Below, one piece after another: positions 22,138-32,664 of a stretch of 64,000 bases of DNA; positions within the stretch are counted from its first letter, which is position 1, and every line of letters starts with the position of its first letter. The stretch comes from an uncultured delta proteobacterium (GTDB lineage: Bacteria; Myxococcota_A; Polyangia; Polyangiales; Polyangiaceae): NCBI GenBank assembly GCA_963806225.1, contig CAWDXG010000004.1, forward strand, positions 2,816,001 to 2,880,000, in the 5' to 3' direction. Position numbers and translations under genes: made by a program. The notes under the pieces were generated by a model, which saw only the letters and a program-made list of their open reading frames with translations, was not told the origin of the DNA and did not search any database.

Positions 22138-23187
22138 CTACAGGCTGGCCTGTGGGTAGCGGGTGCCGAGCTGGCGCACCAGCTCGATCCTGCTGGAAAT
22201 GCCGAGCTTGCGCAGCGCGCTGCCCAGGTGCGATGACGCCGTGCCCTCGGCAAGGCCCAGATGGTATGCGATCAGCTTGTCGGCGTAGCCGCGCACGGCG
22301 AGCCCCACCACGCGGGTCTCCATGGGCGTCAGCCCGCGTGGATCGCGCACGTCCTCGGGGTTCTTGTGGGCCAGCATGAATCGCTTGCCGTCGGTGTCCC
22401 ACTTCTCCACCAGCGACCAGCGGCCCTGGACGAGCCCCTGCCAGACGCTCAAGGCGTCCTCCTGGCGCCCCGACTTCGCGCTGCGCGCGTGGTCGATGCG
22501 GCGCGCGTATTCCGTCAGCTCCTCGGTGCCGTCGCGGGCTTCGCCATCGGCGTGGACGATGCGACCCGAGGCGTCCAGCACGGCACCATCTTCCGGCGCA
22601 TCCACCGCGCCCGTGCGTTCCTGCAAACGACGGCGCAGCCGCAAGCCGGCCTTGATGTGCGCGCTCAGCATCTGATACATGGCGCGTTCGGAAGGGCGAA
22701 ACGTGCGCTTCGTCTCCAGGCCTCCGAAGATGCCCGTGACGCCGTTGTTGTCCACGTGGTGGTTGATCAGCGCGAACGTGTCCTCGATCGGCGTCCCGAG
22801 CGTGTACACCCAGTCCGGTCCCAGGCGGCGGTGCTCGGAGTGCAGAAGGCGGTCCGCCGGCTCCGCGATGAAGCCCCGCCCGATCCGCTCGAACATCCCC
22901 GCCTTGATCCGGTCGATCAGCCCGGCGTTGCCCTCGTGCTTCCTATCGAGGATCGCTCCGATGGATTGGATCCGCCCCACCATGTCGAAAGGTGTCCGCG
23001 CCGACTGCGCCGCCTCGCGGACGCGAAAGGCGCGGCCACTCACGTCGATGTGGTAGGCAAGTACGCCGTATTCCGGCCGCAGCACCCCCTGGAAGTTGTC
23101 CGCGATCTGCTGCAGCCACTCGGCCTCGTCCGCGCCGAGGTCGTAGCACGACTCCACGACAGCAATGAGATCACGCCGGCCAGGCAT
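22138..23187 (-). CDS. LuxR-family transcriptional regulator
   Basis: C-terminal LTPMETRVVGLAVRGYADKLIAYHLGLAEGTASSHLGSALRKLG HTH. Confidence 0.9.
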   Translation of the reverse strand: MPGRRDLIAVVESCYDLGADEAEWLQQIADNFQGVLRPEYGVLAYHIDVSGRAFRVREAAQSARTPFDMVGRIQSIGAILDRKHEGNAGLIDRIKAGMFERIGRGFIAEPADRLLHSEHRRLGPDWVYTLGTPIEDTFALINHHVDNNGVTGIFGGLETKRTFRPSERAMYQMLSAHIKAGLRLRRRLQERTGAVDAPEDGAVLDASGRIVHADGEARDGTEELTEYARRIDHARSAKSGRQEDALSVWQGLVQGRWSLVEKWDTDGKRFMLAHKNPEDVRDPRGLTPMETRVVGLAVRGYADKLIAYHLGLAEGTASSHLGSALRKLGISSRIELVRQLGTRYPQASL

Positions 23188-23466
23188 AGCCGCTCAAAGT
23201 ACTGGATCAGGAGCAGCAGAGAAAGACTTGATTTCGCTGCGGACCGCCTTGCAGCTAGGCGGCATCTCCACGCCGCCGCGCGGGCCGCGGCGCGATCGGG
23301 CGCGTCGCGGATCAGGCGTTTGACGATCACCGCGGTCAACTCCGGCGCAAGCCGGGTCCAGATATCGAGGATCGAGCCTCAGTGGGCCATGTCGAGGACA
23401 GGCTCCCCAACGGAACGCTATCAAGCGGCCCCTCTCGCGTGCCTGCGACCGGATGACGCGGGCTGC

Positions 23467-25830
23467 CTAGTGTCGGCGTCGCCGCTCGACTGCGGCGAAG
23501 CACAACGCCATGAGCGCGAACAGGCCGCCCGCGTCCGGACCGGTCCCGGTCGAGCAGGCGCACCCCGACGAGCTGTTGCTAGCTGGCGTCGCCGCGCTGC
23601 CGGAGTAGCCGCTGCCGCCGCCGTTGCCGGAATAGGCGCCGCTGCCGGAGAAGCCGCCGTTACCGGAGAAGCCGCCGCTGGCGCCCGTGCCGGAGCTGCC
23701 GCCGCTGGCATTGGAGGCACAGGTAGAACCTGCACACTGCATCTGGATGCAGTCCTGGAAGGACTCGACACACGCACTCTTTCCGTCGCAGCGATACGTG
23801 TAGGCAACGCCCGCCTTGCAGAATTCCGTGCCGCAGATCGTGTCGGCCGGGTAGATCTCGCACGCGCCCTTGCCGTCGCAGTCCCCGTTCTGGTCGCAGC
23901 TCTGGGCGCCGTCGTCCTGGCAATCGTTGTGCGGGTCGGTGCCCTCCCGCACGGGACCGCACTCGCCGTCGGTGCCGGTGACGCCCTGCTCCACCATCAG
24001 GCACGAGACACATCCAGTGTCGCAGTGCGAGTCACAGCAGACGCCCTCGACGCAGGCGCCGGTGAGGCAGTCGGCCGCGGTCGAGCAGGAGAAGCCGCGG
24101 AGCTTCGCGTCGCGGATTTCGGCGGTGTTCGTGCCGTGGAGAGAGCTGCTGTTCTCGTACCCGCCGACCACCAGAACCCGCGCGTTGAGCAGGTCGCTCG
24201 AGAGCAGGGTCGCGGTGGTGTGATAGCGCGCCTGGTTCATGTCGCCGGCATAGGACGCATGCCCCGTGGCTGCGGTGAGGACTTCCGTCGCCTTCATCAC
24301 GCCGCCGCCCGAGCCGCCAACGAGCAGGAGCGACGAGTCGGGTAGCGCGACGGCGCCGGAGTCATCGTAGTAGTTGGAGAGCGGAGTGCCGGCGCGCCAG
24401 GTGTTGGCCTTCGGATCGTAGAAATCCGTGTGCGACGAATCGCCGCCGGCGACCGCGACCAGCCCGTCGGCGAGCAGCAGCGCGTGGTGGAAGCGGTGCG
24501 TGCTGGCCATGGGCGGCGTCAGCGTCCACTTCGCGGTGGTCGGGTCGTAGATTTCCGCGGTGTTGGAGACCTTGCCGAAATTGTCGCCGCCTATCGCGAT
24601 CACGCGGCCGTCGGGAAGCGTCGTCGCCGACACCGCACGCCGCGCCTCGGACATCGACGTCGTGTCGGTCCAGGTGTCCTGGGCGGGATCGTAGATCTCG
24701 GCCGATGCGACCGCCCGGCTCGATAGCTGGGAGGGGACGTAGGCATAGCCGCCCACTGCGATCACGCGGCCGTCGCCGAGCTTCGCCATCCCGAAGTCGG
24801 AGCGGAGTGTCGACATGTCGGCGGCCGCCGTGAACTTCCCGGTTGCGGGGTCATAGATATCGCAACTCTGGTCGCGGCCGGCGGTGAAGACGCGCCCGTC
24901 GTCGAGAAGCAGCGTCCGTGCGAGGCTGCGGGAGTTGGTCGGGGTGCCCGTCTCCGCCCACGTGCCGCTCGTGTCGTCGTAGAGCTCCGCCGGCTGTACC
25001 CCGACGGCGTAGTATTCGCCCCCGGCGACGAGGACGGTTCCGTCCTTCAGCTTGACCGCGACATGCTCCGCACGTTCGTGCGCAAGGTCGACGGTGTTCG
25101 TCCAGAACGGATCGACCAGGATCGGGTAGGGGAGCCCCGCGTCCCAGCTCACGACAAGCGTGCACGTGCCCGATCCCGGTGGCGTGACCGGGCGATGCCA
25201 CGGCGCGGCCGGGCTCTTGTCCACGGCGCAGCCCCTGACCGAAAGATGCGCGGTGTGGTGCTCGTCATGCGCATCGCTGATGAACGGCGCCAGCACCCTG
25301 AGCCGCGGCGCGCCGCCAGCATCCAGCAGCTCCAGGGCGCCGCCGACCAGGCGCAGCCCTGCTGCGTGGGACACGTCCACGTGATAGGCGAGCGCATTGC
25401 CCGGCACCTCGTGCGACAGCCGCACGAAGTCCTCGACGCCGCTGCCGCGCACGCTCTCGGCGAGCTCTGTGCCCGCTCCGAGCGGATGGTCGTAGACACC
25501 CAGTCCCGTGCCGTACGAAAGCTGCGAGTCGGCGCTCGCGCCCGCGAGAACGAACCCGACGGACATGCCGCTCGCCGGATCCGTGATGCGGGTCGGGTTC
25601 GGGAGTCGCTGTGGGAGCTCCACCCTTGCTGGCTTCGCTCTGCCAGAGCTCGCGACCGCCAGGAGGTAGTCGCCTTCCGCGATGAAGCTCGCAGCATGCG
25701 GTGCGCGGCGGAGCTCTGCGAACGAAGTCCGGCGCTGCGCCGCCGCCGGCGCGGCGAGCAGTAGCCCGAGCGCCGCGCACGACAACCCCACTGTCAGCGC
25801 GCCCCTGTTCCCGATACCCATGTCGCCCAT
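23467..25830 (-). CDS. Kelch-repeat surface protein with Cys-rich region and MYXO-CTERM-like tail
   Basis: Signal peptide; about six L.DGRV...GG...AEIYDP repeats; CVEGVCCD; SGCACS...TM...RRRR. Confidence 0.88.
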   Translation of the reverse strand: MGDMGIGNRGALTVGLSCAALGLLLAAPAAAQRRTSFAELRRAPHAASFIAEGDYLLAVASSGRAKPARVELPQRLPNPTRITDPASGMSVGFVLAGASADSQLSYGTGLGVYDHPLGAGTELAESVRGSGVEDFVRLSHEVPGNALAYHVDVSHAAGLRLVGGALELLDAGGAPRLRVLAPFISDAHDEHHTAHLSVRGCAVDKSPAAPWHRPVTPPGSGTCTLVVSWDAGLPYPILVDPFWTNTVDLAHERAEHVAVKLKDGTVLVAGGEYYAVGVQPAELYDDTSGTWAETGTPTNSRSLARTLLLDDGRVFTAGRDQSCDIYDPATGKFTAAADMSTLRSDFGMAKLGDGRVIAVGGYAYVPSQLSSRAVASAEIYDPAQDTWTDTTSMSEARRAVSATTLPDGRVIAIGGDNFGKVSNTAEIYDPTTAKWTLTPPMASTHRFHHALLLADGLVAVAGGDSSHTDFYDPKANTWRAGTPLSNYYDDSGAVALPDSSLLLVGGSGGGVMKATEVLTAATGHASYAGDMNQARYHTTATLLSSDLLNARVLVVGGYENSSSLHGTNTAEIRDAKLRGFSCSTAADCLTGACVEGVCCDSHCDTGCVSCLMVEQGVTGTDGECGPVREGTDPHNDCQDDGAQSCDQNGDCDGKGACEIYPADTICGTEFCKAGVAYTYRCDGKSACVESFQDCIQMQCAGSTCASNASGGSSGTGASGGFSGNGGFSGSGAYSGNGGGSGYSGSAATPASNSSSGCACSTGTGPDAGGLFALMALCFAAVERRRRH

Positions 25831-25866
25831 TGAAACATGGTTGACCGCGCAGCGCACGCGCCGTCC

Positions 25867-25937
25867 GGATCCACAGGTAAACCCCGCCTCACCTATTTTG
25901 CGCCTACCCTCTGGTTCCCGAAGCTGCCAGGGAACTA
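25867..25937 (+). repeat. Direct repeat copy 1 (71 bp)
   Basis: ggatccacaggtaaaccccgcctcacc...gggaacta matches 27051-27123 except for two 1-bp T indels. Confidence 0.95.
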
Positions 25938-27050
25938 AAAAGGTGATGTGATAGGCGGGATAGATGGAAAGGGGGGGATGGAAATGAAAAAGAACGGGAG
26001 GTAGATGGCGAAGGTAGCGCGAATGGGGAGGGCGAAGCGACGGCAACTGGCGCGCAGCGGTCGTGTAGCGGAGATACGCAGACTGCGTTGCGTTTTCTGG
26101 CGGTGGCACGGTTGGAGCGGGTGCAGCACCGTCAGGTCGCGAGGAGCTTGAGGTGCGCGTTCGACGGTGGTCAGGGTGCAGACCGCTTCAACGGCTGCGA
26201 GGAGGGCTTACGATCAACGAGGAACGAACGGCAGCCTCAAGGCCGGTGAGGCTTGCTCGAAGGGTTGCGAATTGCTGTCTGCTACGCCGAGGATCGGATG
26301 GGGCCGGCCGACGTGGACGAGCGAGTTGTTGTGCCTGCAGATGGCGCATGAGGGATGGCCCGAACGTCGCTGTTTGCACGATGGGACGGGTACTGGCACG
26401 GCTTGGTGCTCGTCTCGGTGCACCAAACGGATCGTACTGTGCCCGTGGAAGAGCGACGCGCGAGAGCGACGCCTCCGCCGGATCGCGCGCTTGAAGCGCG
26501 CGCCAGCGCGGCCGAGCCTGTCTCTACGAGGACGAAGTCGACATCCACCTCAACCCGAAGATCGGCGAACTGGATGTTGCCTGGCCAGCAGCGCCGTGTC
26601 GTGACGCCGGGACAGAACGAGAAGTCTACTCGCCGGCGCGCTCGATGTCCGCACGGGCAAGCTTCATGCGATGGGTGGCGAGAAGAAGAACGCGACCCTG
26701 TTCTGCGATCTGTTGTGGGAACTCGCGAAGCCTACCGTCGAGCGCGCAGGCTCCACGTCATTCTGGATAACTACGGGATCCACTCGGCCAAGGCCACGCG
26801 AGCCACGCTCGAAGCGTCGGCGGTAGAATCGTCCTCCACTTTCTGCCGCCGTACTGCCCCGACGACAACCGCATCGAACGAATCTGGCAGGATTTGCACG
26901 CCAACGTGACCCGCAACCACAGCTGCAAGACGATGAATGATTGCTCTCTAACGCTCGTCGTTATGTGATCGCTTATCTGTGGCGCCGCGTGATCGGCTCC
27001 GCGTCGCTTAGATATGTCGCATGATCAATGTAGTGGAATCACGATCGTTT
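25936..27050 (+). mobile_element. IS630-family element with heavily frameshifted transposase (about 26005-27024)
   Basis: Across frames: RPTWTSELL, YEDEVDIHLNP, TPGQNEK, VILDNYGIH and LPPYCPDDNRIERIWQDLH (DDE triad). Begins at a TA. Confidence 0.9.
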
Positions 27051-27123
27051 GGATCCACAGGTTAAACCCCGTCCTCACCTATTTTGCGCCTACCCTCTGG
27101 TTCCCGAAGCTGCCAGGGAACTA
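27051..27123 (+). repeat. Direct repeat copy 2 (73 bp), running into CTAG
   Basis: Matches 25867-25937. Confidence 0.95.
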
Positions 27124-27246
27124 GGCTTCCACCTCGTCGTTACATCTCGTTCCGGAAATCCTGGCAGCGCGCGATCCGACGATGAAGAGCCGGCTGCGGA
27201 TCCTGGAGTCGACCACAGCCACGAATGGAGAGTCTCCGCCGCTCCC

Positions 27247-27495
27247 TACGGCGCCACCCAGTACGCCCAGTCGAAGTTGGCGTCGAGGTTGCCGCTGAGG
27301 AACGAGCGCAGGTTGCGCACGCGCATCGGGTGCCCGGCGACGGTGAACGGCTTCGTCTCTCCCATCTCCGCCACCGCGGCGGAGTTGCCGGTGCTGCAGA
27401 AGCGCAAGGCGTAGTCGCCGACGGCGGGGTCGGGGTAGTCGAAGGGGCCGTAGTTGCCGGCGAGAAGTGCCGGGCCGATGCTCGCGCGCCACGGC
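27247..27495 (-). pseudogene. C-terminal gene remnant
   Basis: Strong GC3 coding pattern for ...GNYGPFDYPDPAVGDYALRFC...NFDWAYWVAP*; no start codon. Confidence 0.5.
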
Positions 27496-27536
27496 TGGGA
27501 TCTAGTCGAGGACCTGGGCTACGAGGAAGTGCAACC

Positions 27537-28544
27537 CTACCAGCGATTCACGACCTTTTCGGCGAATCCGGGCACGCGCTCGATCTGGAGCGCGGAGTCG
27601 TCGTCGAGCACGACCTGACCGGAGTAGTGGCCGAAGACCTGGTGCTGCATCGAGCGGAAGACGCCGAGGTTGATGTCGGCGTTGCGGTCGAGGACGGGGT
27701 GGAAGTCCATCTCGAGGCGGCCGTTGTTGCTGGACAAGCGCCAGGGCCGGAGCCAGTCGTCGATGTGGAAGTCGACCCGGTCGAGCTTGTGGCCGACGCC
27801 GTCGATGAACACGATGTTCTCGGTGTGCGTCGAGAGGTCGCCGAAGCCGTAGCCGATATTCCAGCCCACGCGGCGGCCGTCCACGCGCCCCGAGGCCGAA
27901 CCCCAGTACCAGGAGTTCGAGTACGGCCACACGCCGCGGCCCCAGTCGAGCACGCCCATGCTCGACTCCGGTGTGAAGGGCCGCAGGCTGCCGCCGAGGC
28001 GCACCTCGCCTTCGACCAGCAGGCAGTTGACCTTCTGGTTATAGTAGAAGCCGCTCGGGTGACCGGCAAAGGGCGTGGCGACGACCAGCGAGTCGTCCGC
28101 TTCCTCGCTGCGCAGCACCAGGCGCGCCTCGAGCGCCTCGCGCCCCCGGAAGCGCGGCCAGTCGATGGCGATCTCGCGCTCGCCCGGCCGCCTGAGCACG
28201 CGCACGGAGCGCCTGCCCCAGCGCACGGCCACATCGCCTTGCATCGACGAAGCCGGTAGCTTCATCCGCCCGCGGGTGAACGGGCGCAGCATGTCCGAGC
28301 TCTTGAAGGTGCGCGCCTGGAAGTCGAGCCACACCACGCTGACGAGCCCCACGTAGCCGAGGTCGGCGACCGTGAGTGCCAGGCCGTAGTCGTCGCAGAG
28401 GACGCAGTAGTAGTCCCACTCCTTCAGGCGACCGCGTACGCGAGCGGGGTCGTAGGCGAGCAGTGGGCGGCGCGCCCAGCCACGCTGCAAGAGCGCGCCC
28501 GACGCATCGAGTAGCGGACCGGGGGAGGTGATCTCGTTCTGCAT
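27537..28544 (-). CDS. DUF2804-like protein
   Basis: MQNEIT...GWARRPL...KEWDYY, LDWGRGVWPY and HQVFG motifs. Confidence 0.8.
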   Translation of the reverse strand: MQNEITSPGPLLDASGALLQRGWARRPLLAYDPARVRGRLKEWDYYCVLCDDYGLALTVADLGYVGLVSVVWLDFQARTFKSSDMLRPFTRGRMKLPASSMQGDVAVRWGRRSVRVLRRPGEREIAIDWPRFRGREALEARLVLRSEEADDSLVVATPFAGHPSGFYYNQKVNCLLVEGEVRLGGSLRPFTPESSMGVLDWGRGVWPYSNSWYWGSASGRVDGRRVGWNIGYGFGDLSTHTENIVFIDGVGHKLDRVDFHIDDWLRPWRLSSNNGRLEMDFHPVLDRNADINLGVFRSMQHQVFGHYSGQVVLDDDSALQIERVPGFAEKVVNRW

Positions 28545-28722
28545 GTGGCTCCAGAGAACGCTGCCAGCGTGGTTTCCAACATCGGCCAAGTGCAATCGCG
28601 GCAAGCCTGCGAGGCCTGGGCCGCGCAACGGCTGCGAGCGCGCAAGGGTTGCGCGATGGTCGCCCCCGGACGGAGAGCGGCCACGGCGCTCCGGGCACGC
28701 GCGTTGCTTCGGAATCGGGGTG

Positions 28723-29526
28723 ATGTCCGGACCCATCGGCCCCTACGAGGTGATTGTACCGCCCCTCGACCGCCAGCTCGCCATGGACGCCTTTGCGGCG
28801 GTGCCCGCGGGCCATCCGATGGTGGCGCTGCTGGAGCTGGACGTGACCGACGCGCTGGCGGCGATCGACGAGCGCAGGCATAGCGGCGTCCGCGTATCGC
28901 TGTTCGCGTTCGTCGTGCGCTGCATCGCGGTCGCCATCGCGGAGCACCCCGACCTGAACCTGGTGCGGCATCGGCGGCGGCTGGTGCGCTTCGAGGATGT
29001 CGACGTGAGCGTGCCGGTGGAGGTGCGCACGGCCGATGGCGACTTTCCGCGCGAAGTCGTGATCCGCCGCGCGCAGGACCGGAGCGCCCCCGACATCTAC
29101 GCCGAGCTCGAGGCGGCGCGGACCCGCCACGACCAGACCGGCGAGTTGGGCGCCGAGGACCGCTGGTCGCGCAAGGCCATGCGATCCGTCCGCTGGCTGC
29201 CGGCGTCGGTTCGCAGGGGAATCATCCGGCTCATCGTGCAGAGCGCGTTCCGCATCAAGGTGCGGGCCGGAACCACGCTGGTCACGAGCGTCGGCAAGTT
29301 CGCGGCGATCCCGGGGCATTCGTTCACGTTCTCGACCGGCCCGCGCGCCGCGGTCTTCGTCCTGGGCGGCGTGGTCGACAAGCCCTGGGCGCATGCCGGG
29401 CAGATCGCCTTGAGGTCGGTGCTGTCGCTCTCGGTCATCGTGGACCACGACCTCGTCGACGGCGCACCGGCGGCGCGTTTCGCCCAGCGGCTGCGCGAGC
29501 TCATCGAGTCGGCAGACGGCCTGTGA
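28723..29526 (+). CDS. Stand-alone 2-oxoacid dehydrogenase E2-like acyltransferase catalytic domain
   Basis: DHDLVDGAPAARF (HxxxDG); no lipoyl domain. Confidence 0.85.
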   Translation: MSGPIGPYEVIVPPLDRQLAMDAFAAVPAGHPMVALLELDVTDALAAIDERRHSGVRVSLFAFVVRCIAVAIAEHPDLNLVRHRRRLVRFEDVDVSVPVEVRTADGDFPREVVIRRAQDRSAPDIYAELEAARTRHDQTGELGAEDRWSRKAMRSVRWLPASVRRGIIRLIVQSAFRIKVRAGTTLVTSVGKFAAIPGHSFTFSTGPRAAVFVLGGVVDKPWAHAGQIALRSVLSLSVIVDHDLVDGAPAARFAQRLRELIESADGL

Positions 29527-30010
29527 ACGACGCGCCTGCCGACGCCGCGCTCGCCGTCGCCGCGTTTCAACACGGTGAGATACGCCGGCGTGCTCGCCGC
29601 CGCGAGCAAGTGGCGCGCACACGTGGTGCCGCCGCTGCCCACAACGACGCAGGTGCCCGAGGCGCGTAGCCCGGTGCAAAGGAACTGCTAGCCACGCGTA
29701 CACGCGCCGGGGAGCTCGCTGCGCGAACGCGTCACGTCGCGGAGCGCCCCGCTGATGACGGGCCTGGGCTCGGCCGTGTGGCAGTCCGCACTGCCGCCGC
29801 CACGCGTCCGGCCACTCCGCGTGCCGCGTCGCGAAAGCGATAAACCAAGCTCTCGAGCACGAGCGCGATCTGGACGATCGCGCGGCGCCGTTCAATTCTT
29901 GTGCGCGGCGGATTCCCGAGCGATTCTGCGGCGGACGCGAGAAGTAGCCCGGACAGCGGAGCGGCCGCCGACCGCCAGCCGCCCGTTCGCCGGCGCGCCC
30001 GGGGTGCGGC

Positions 30011-31477
30011 TTGGTGCTAGAACAAGCAGCCTTGCCCATACCCGTTTCCCGGAGCGACGTACGCCTTCTTCCCGATCCGCGGCGTGCCATCACCAAGCCG
30101 TTCGTCCCGGGTGACGACTCGCGGATGAAGCGCATCCTGTCGCGCATCCTCGCAATGCCGGCTCCGGTCGTCGCCTCGACCCTCGCCGTCACCTACGAGC
30201 GGTTCTCGCCGCGACACGCCGATCTCACGGCCGCGCTGGAGCGGAGCTTCGATGCGGTGGCACATCTCGTCGCGCAGCCTGAAAACCTCTCCAGCGAGCG
30301 CCGGCGTCTGATCGGCGCGTACTTCAGCCACGAGTACTCCATCGACGCCGCCGCGCTCTGCAACCCCTCGATGGTTCCGGCGCCCAATCAAGACGGCGTC
30401 GCTCCCGGCGAGCTCCGGTTCATCGTGAGCCTGCGCGCCATCGGCGAGGGACACGTGTCCAGCATCGAGTTCCGCTCCGGCGTCGTCGATGCAGAGGGGC
30501 AGATCACGATCGACGAAGCGGGTCCGTTCGCAGCCACCGGACGCCGCCGCGCGCCGCTCTACGAAAAGTACATGTTCCACAAGAAACTCGTGGAGCTGCG
30601 CTCGATCAGCGAGACCGCAGAGCGGGTGCTCGCTGCTTTGCCGGATCACTTCACGATGGAGCAGCTCGACGCGGTCACCCACGAAGTCGCGCGGAGGCTT
30701 GGCGGAGCTCTGGGCGTCACGCAGGCCATCCGCACCATCCACTGGTTGGCCTCCTCCAACTACGAGACGACGTTCGACGACGATTCGAGCCTCGCCGAGC
30801 GCGTCCTGTTTCCTGCCGGCCCGACCGAGAGCCACGGCATGGAGGACGCCCGGTTCGTTCGCTTCATCCGCGACGACGGCACGGCGACGTACTTCGCTCC
30901 GTACACGGCGTTCGACGGCTACCGCATCCTTCCGCAGCTGATCGAGACACCGGACTTCCTGTCGTTCCGGATCGCGACACTCAACGGACCGTGTGCCGCC
31001 AACAAGGGCATCGCGCTGTTTCCGCGCAAGATAGACGGCCGCTTCGTCGCACTGGCGCGCCTGGACAACGAGAACAACCACGTGATCCGCTCGGACAACG
31101 TACGCTTCTGGCACGAGAGCGAGACGCTCCAGACGCCCGAGGCGCCGTGGGAGCTGACGCAGATCGGCAACTCCGGCTCGCCGTTGGAGACCGAAGCGGG
31201 CTGGCTGGTCATTACCCACGGCGTCGGCCCGTTCCGTGAGTACGCCCTGGGGGCGATGCTCCTCGACCTCGACGATCCGGCGCGCGTCATCGGTCGGCTG
31301 CGCGAGCCGCTGCTTTTGCCTGCTGCCGACGAACGCGATGGCTACGTACCGAACGTCGTCTACTCCTGCGGCAGCATGATCTTCCGCGGCCGGCTGATCC
31401 TGCCCTACGGGTTTTCCGATATGGGCGCCCGCATCGCCAGTGTGCGCCTCGACGATCTGCTCGCGGAGCTCCGCTAG
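30011..31477 (+). CDS. GH130-like glycosidase/phosphorylase
   Basis: NPSM, GMEDARFV, YTAFDG, NKGIALFPRKI, HGVG and GYVPNVVYSCG motifs. Confidence 0.88.
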   Translation: MVLEQAALPIPVSRSDVRLLPDPRRAITKPFVPGDDSRMKRILSRILAMPAPVVASTLAVTYERFSPRHADLTAALERSFDAVAHLVAQPENLSSERRRLIGAYFSHEYSIDAAALCNPSMVPAPNQDGVAPGELRFIVSLRAIGEGHVSSIEFRSGVVDAEGQITIDEAGPFAATGRRRAPLYEKYMFHKKLVELRSISETAERVLAALPDHFTMEQLDAVTHEVARRLGGALGVTQAIRTIHWLASSNYETTFDDDSSLAERVLFPAGPTESHGMEDARFVRFIRDDGTATYFAPYTAFDGYRILPQLIETPDFLSFRIATLNGPCAANKGIALFPRKIDGRFVALARLDNENNHVIRSDNVRFWHESETLQTPEAPWELTQIGNSGSPLETEAGWLVITHGVGPFREYALGAMLLDLDDPARVIGRLREPLLLPAADERDGYVPNVVYSCGSMIFRGRLILPYGFSDMGARIASVRLDDLLAELR

Positions 31478-32664
31478 GCGCCCCGGCGCGCGTCACAGAA
31501 GCGCCGGAACAGGCGCGCGAGCTCGGCGGGACGGTAGACATCGCTGGGCTCGATGTCGATGAAGGACGTGTCGGCGCTCGGGGGCACGGGCCCGAGGCGA
31601 CGCCTGGCGAAGGCCTCTACCGAAGCGACAGCGGGCTTGGGAGATGCGTCCGCGCGCCACTGGCCGAAGAACCGCTCGTGGACGGCCGCGTCCAACGGCG
31701 GCGAGCGCCAGATGGCGGGGACGTAGTCCGAGCAGCACCAGAGCATCGCACCGAGGCAGCCGCACGCGTGCAGCGCCGCGAGTGCGCGGTCCACGTAGGC
31801 GGCCGCCGCCTGCTCCTCGACGAGCGCGACTCCTCCTCCGCCTGCGCTGTCGCCGTCGCTGGCCCGGTAGGTGGGCACACCGAATTCGCTGAACACCACG
31901 TCGGTGCCACCACCGAGCCAGCGCGTGACGACGGCGAGAAACGGCAGCAGCGCCTCGTCCGTGGGACCCCGCGCCCAGGACGCGTAGCCGGGGTAGCCGT
32001 GCATCGTCAGAAAATCGCAGGATTCTGCGGCCTCCGCCGGCCCCAGCCTGCGGTCGTGCTCCAGGTCCTCCATGTGGAGCCCGATGGTGACCAAGGCGTT
32101 TCCGTCGCCCTGCCGGATCGCGTCGCTGACGCGGCGGAGCCAGTCGCGGCCGAGGGCTCGAGTCGGGGGAACAACGCAGTTGGAGTTCTCGTTGCCGAGA
32201 TCCCAGGCCCACAGCGCCGGATGACCGGCGAGAGCCCGGGCGAGCTCGCGGGCCAGGAGCTCCTGCGCCTGCAGAACCTCGTCGTCCGCGTACCAGTTGC
32301 GCAGCCGCTGCTGCACGACGCGGTCTCCCGATACGACCCGGAAACGACGGTCGCCGTCCTTGCCGCCGAGCGCCCAGCCCGGCAGCCAGTTCACCCCACT
32401 CATGTGACCCGTGAACAGCGTGGGCATGACCGCGAGCCCCGCCGCATAGGCCAGCTCCAGGGTCGTGACCAGCCGCTCGATCATCGGGGTGCTCGGCTGC
32501 CCGGGCTCTGGTTGGAAGTCCTCCCAGGTCAGAAACAGCCGCACCGAGTCGAACCTGGCGGCGGAGATGCGTGCGAAGTCCGCCGCGACCTCGGCGCGAT
32601 CGAAAGCGGCCCACCACCCCATGGCGGTACGGGCGGGCCAGTAGTTGATCCCGAGACGGAACAT
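31474..32664 (-). CDS. Clan GH-A glycoside hydrolase (GH5-like, possible mannanase)
   Basis: GINYWP, WDLGNE (acid/base), HGYP and SEFG (nucleophile). Confidence 0.82.
   Translation of the reverse strand: MFRLGINYWPARTAMGWWAAFDRAEVAADFARISAARFDSVRLFLTWEDFQPEPGQPSTPMIERLVTTLELAYAAGLAVMPTLFTGHMSGVNWLPGWALGGKDGDRRFRVVSGDRVVQQRLRNWYADDEVLQAQELLARELARALAGHPALWAWDLGNENSNCVVPPTRALGRDWLRRVSDAIRQGDGNALVTIGLHMEDLEHDRRLGPAEAAESCDFLTMHGYPGYASWARGPTDEALLPFLAVVTRWLGGGTDVVFSEFGVPTYRASDGDSAGGGGVALVEEQAAAAYVDRALAALHACGCLGAMLWCCSDYVPAIWRSPPLDAAVHERFFGQWRADASPKPAVASVEAFARRRLGPVPPSADTSFIDIEPSDVYRPAELARLFRRFCDARRGA

Noticed and set aside
25830..26109. N-terminal extension of the kelch protein
   Set aside because: It reads through the direct repeat and IS end. 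The signal peptide begins near 25830.
29527..30010. Regulatory RNA or ORF upstream of GH130
   Set aside because: GC-rich stems are expected by chance at this composition, and no riboswitch consensus was recognised.
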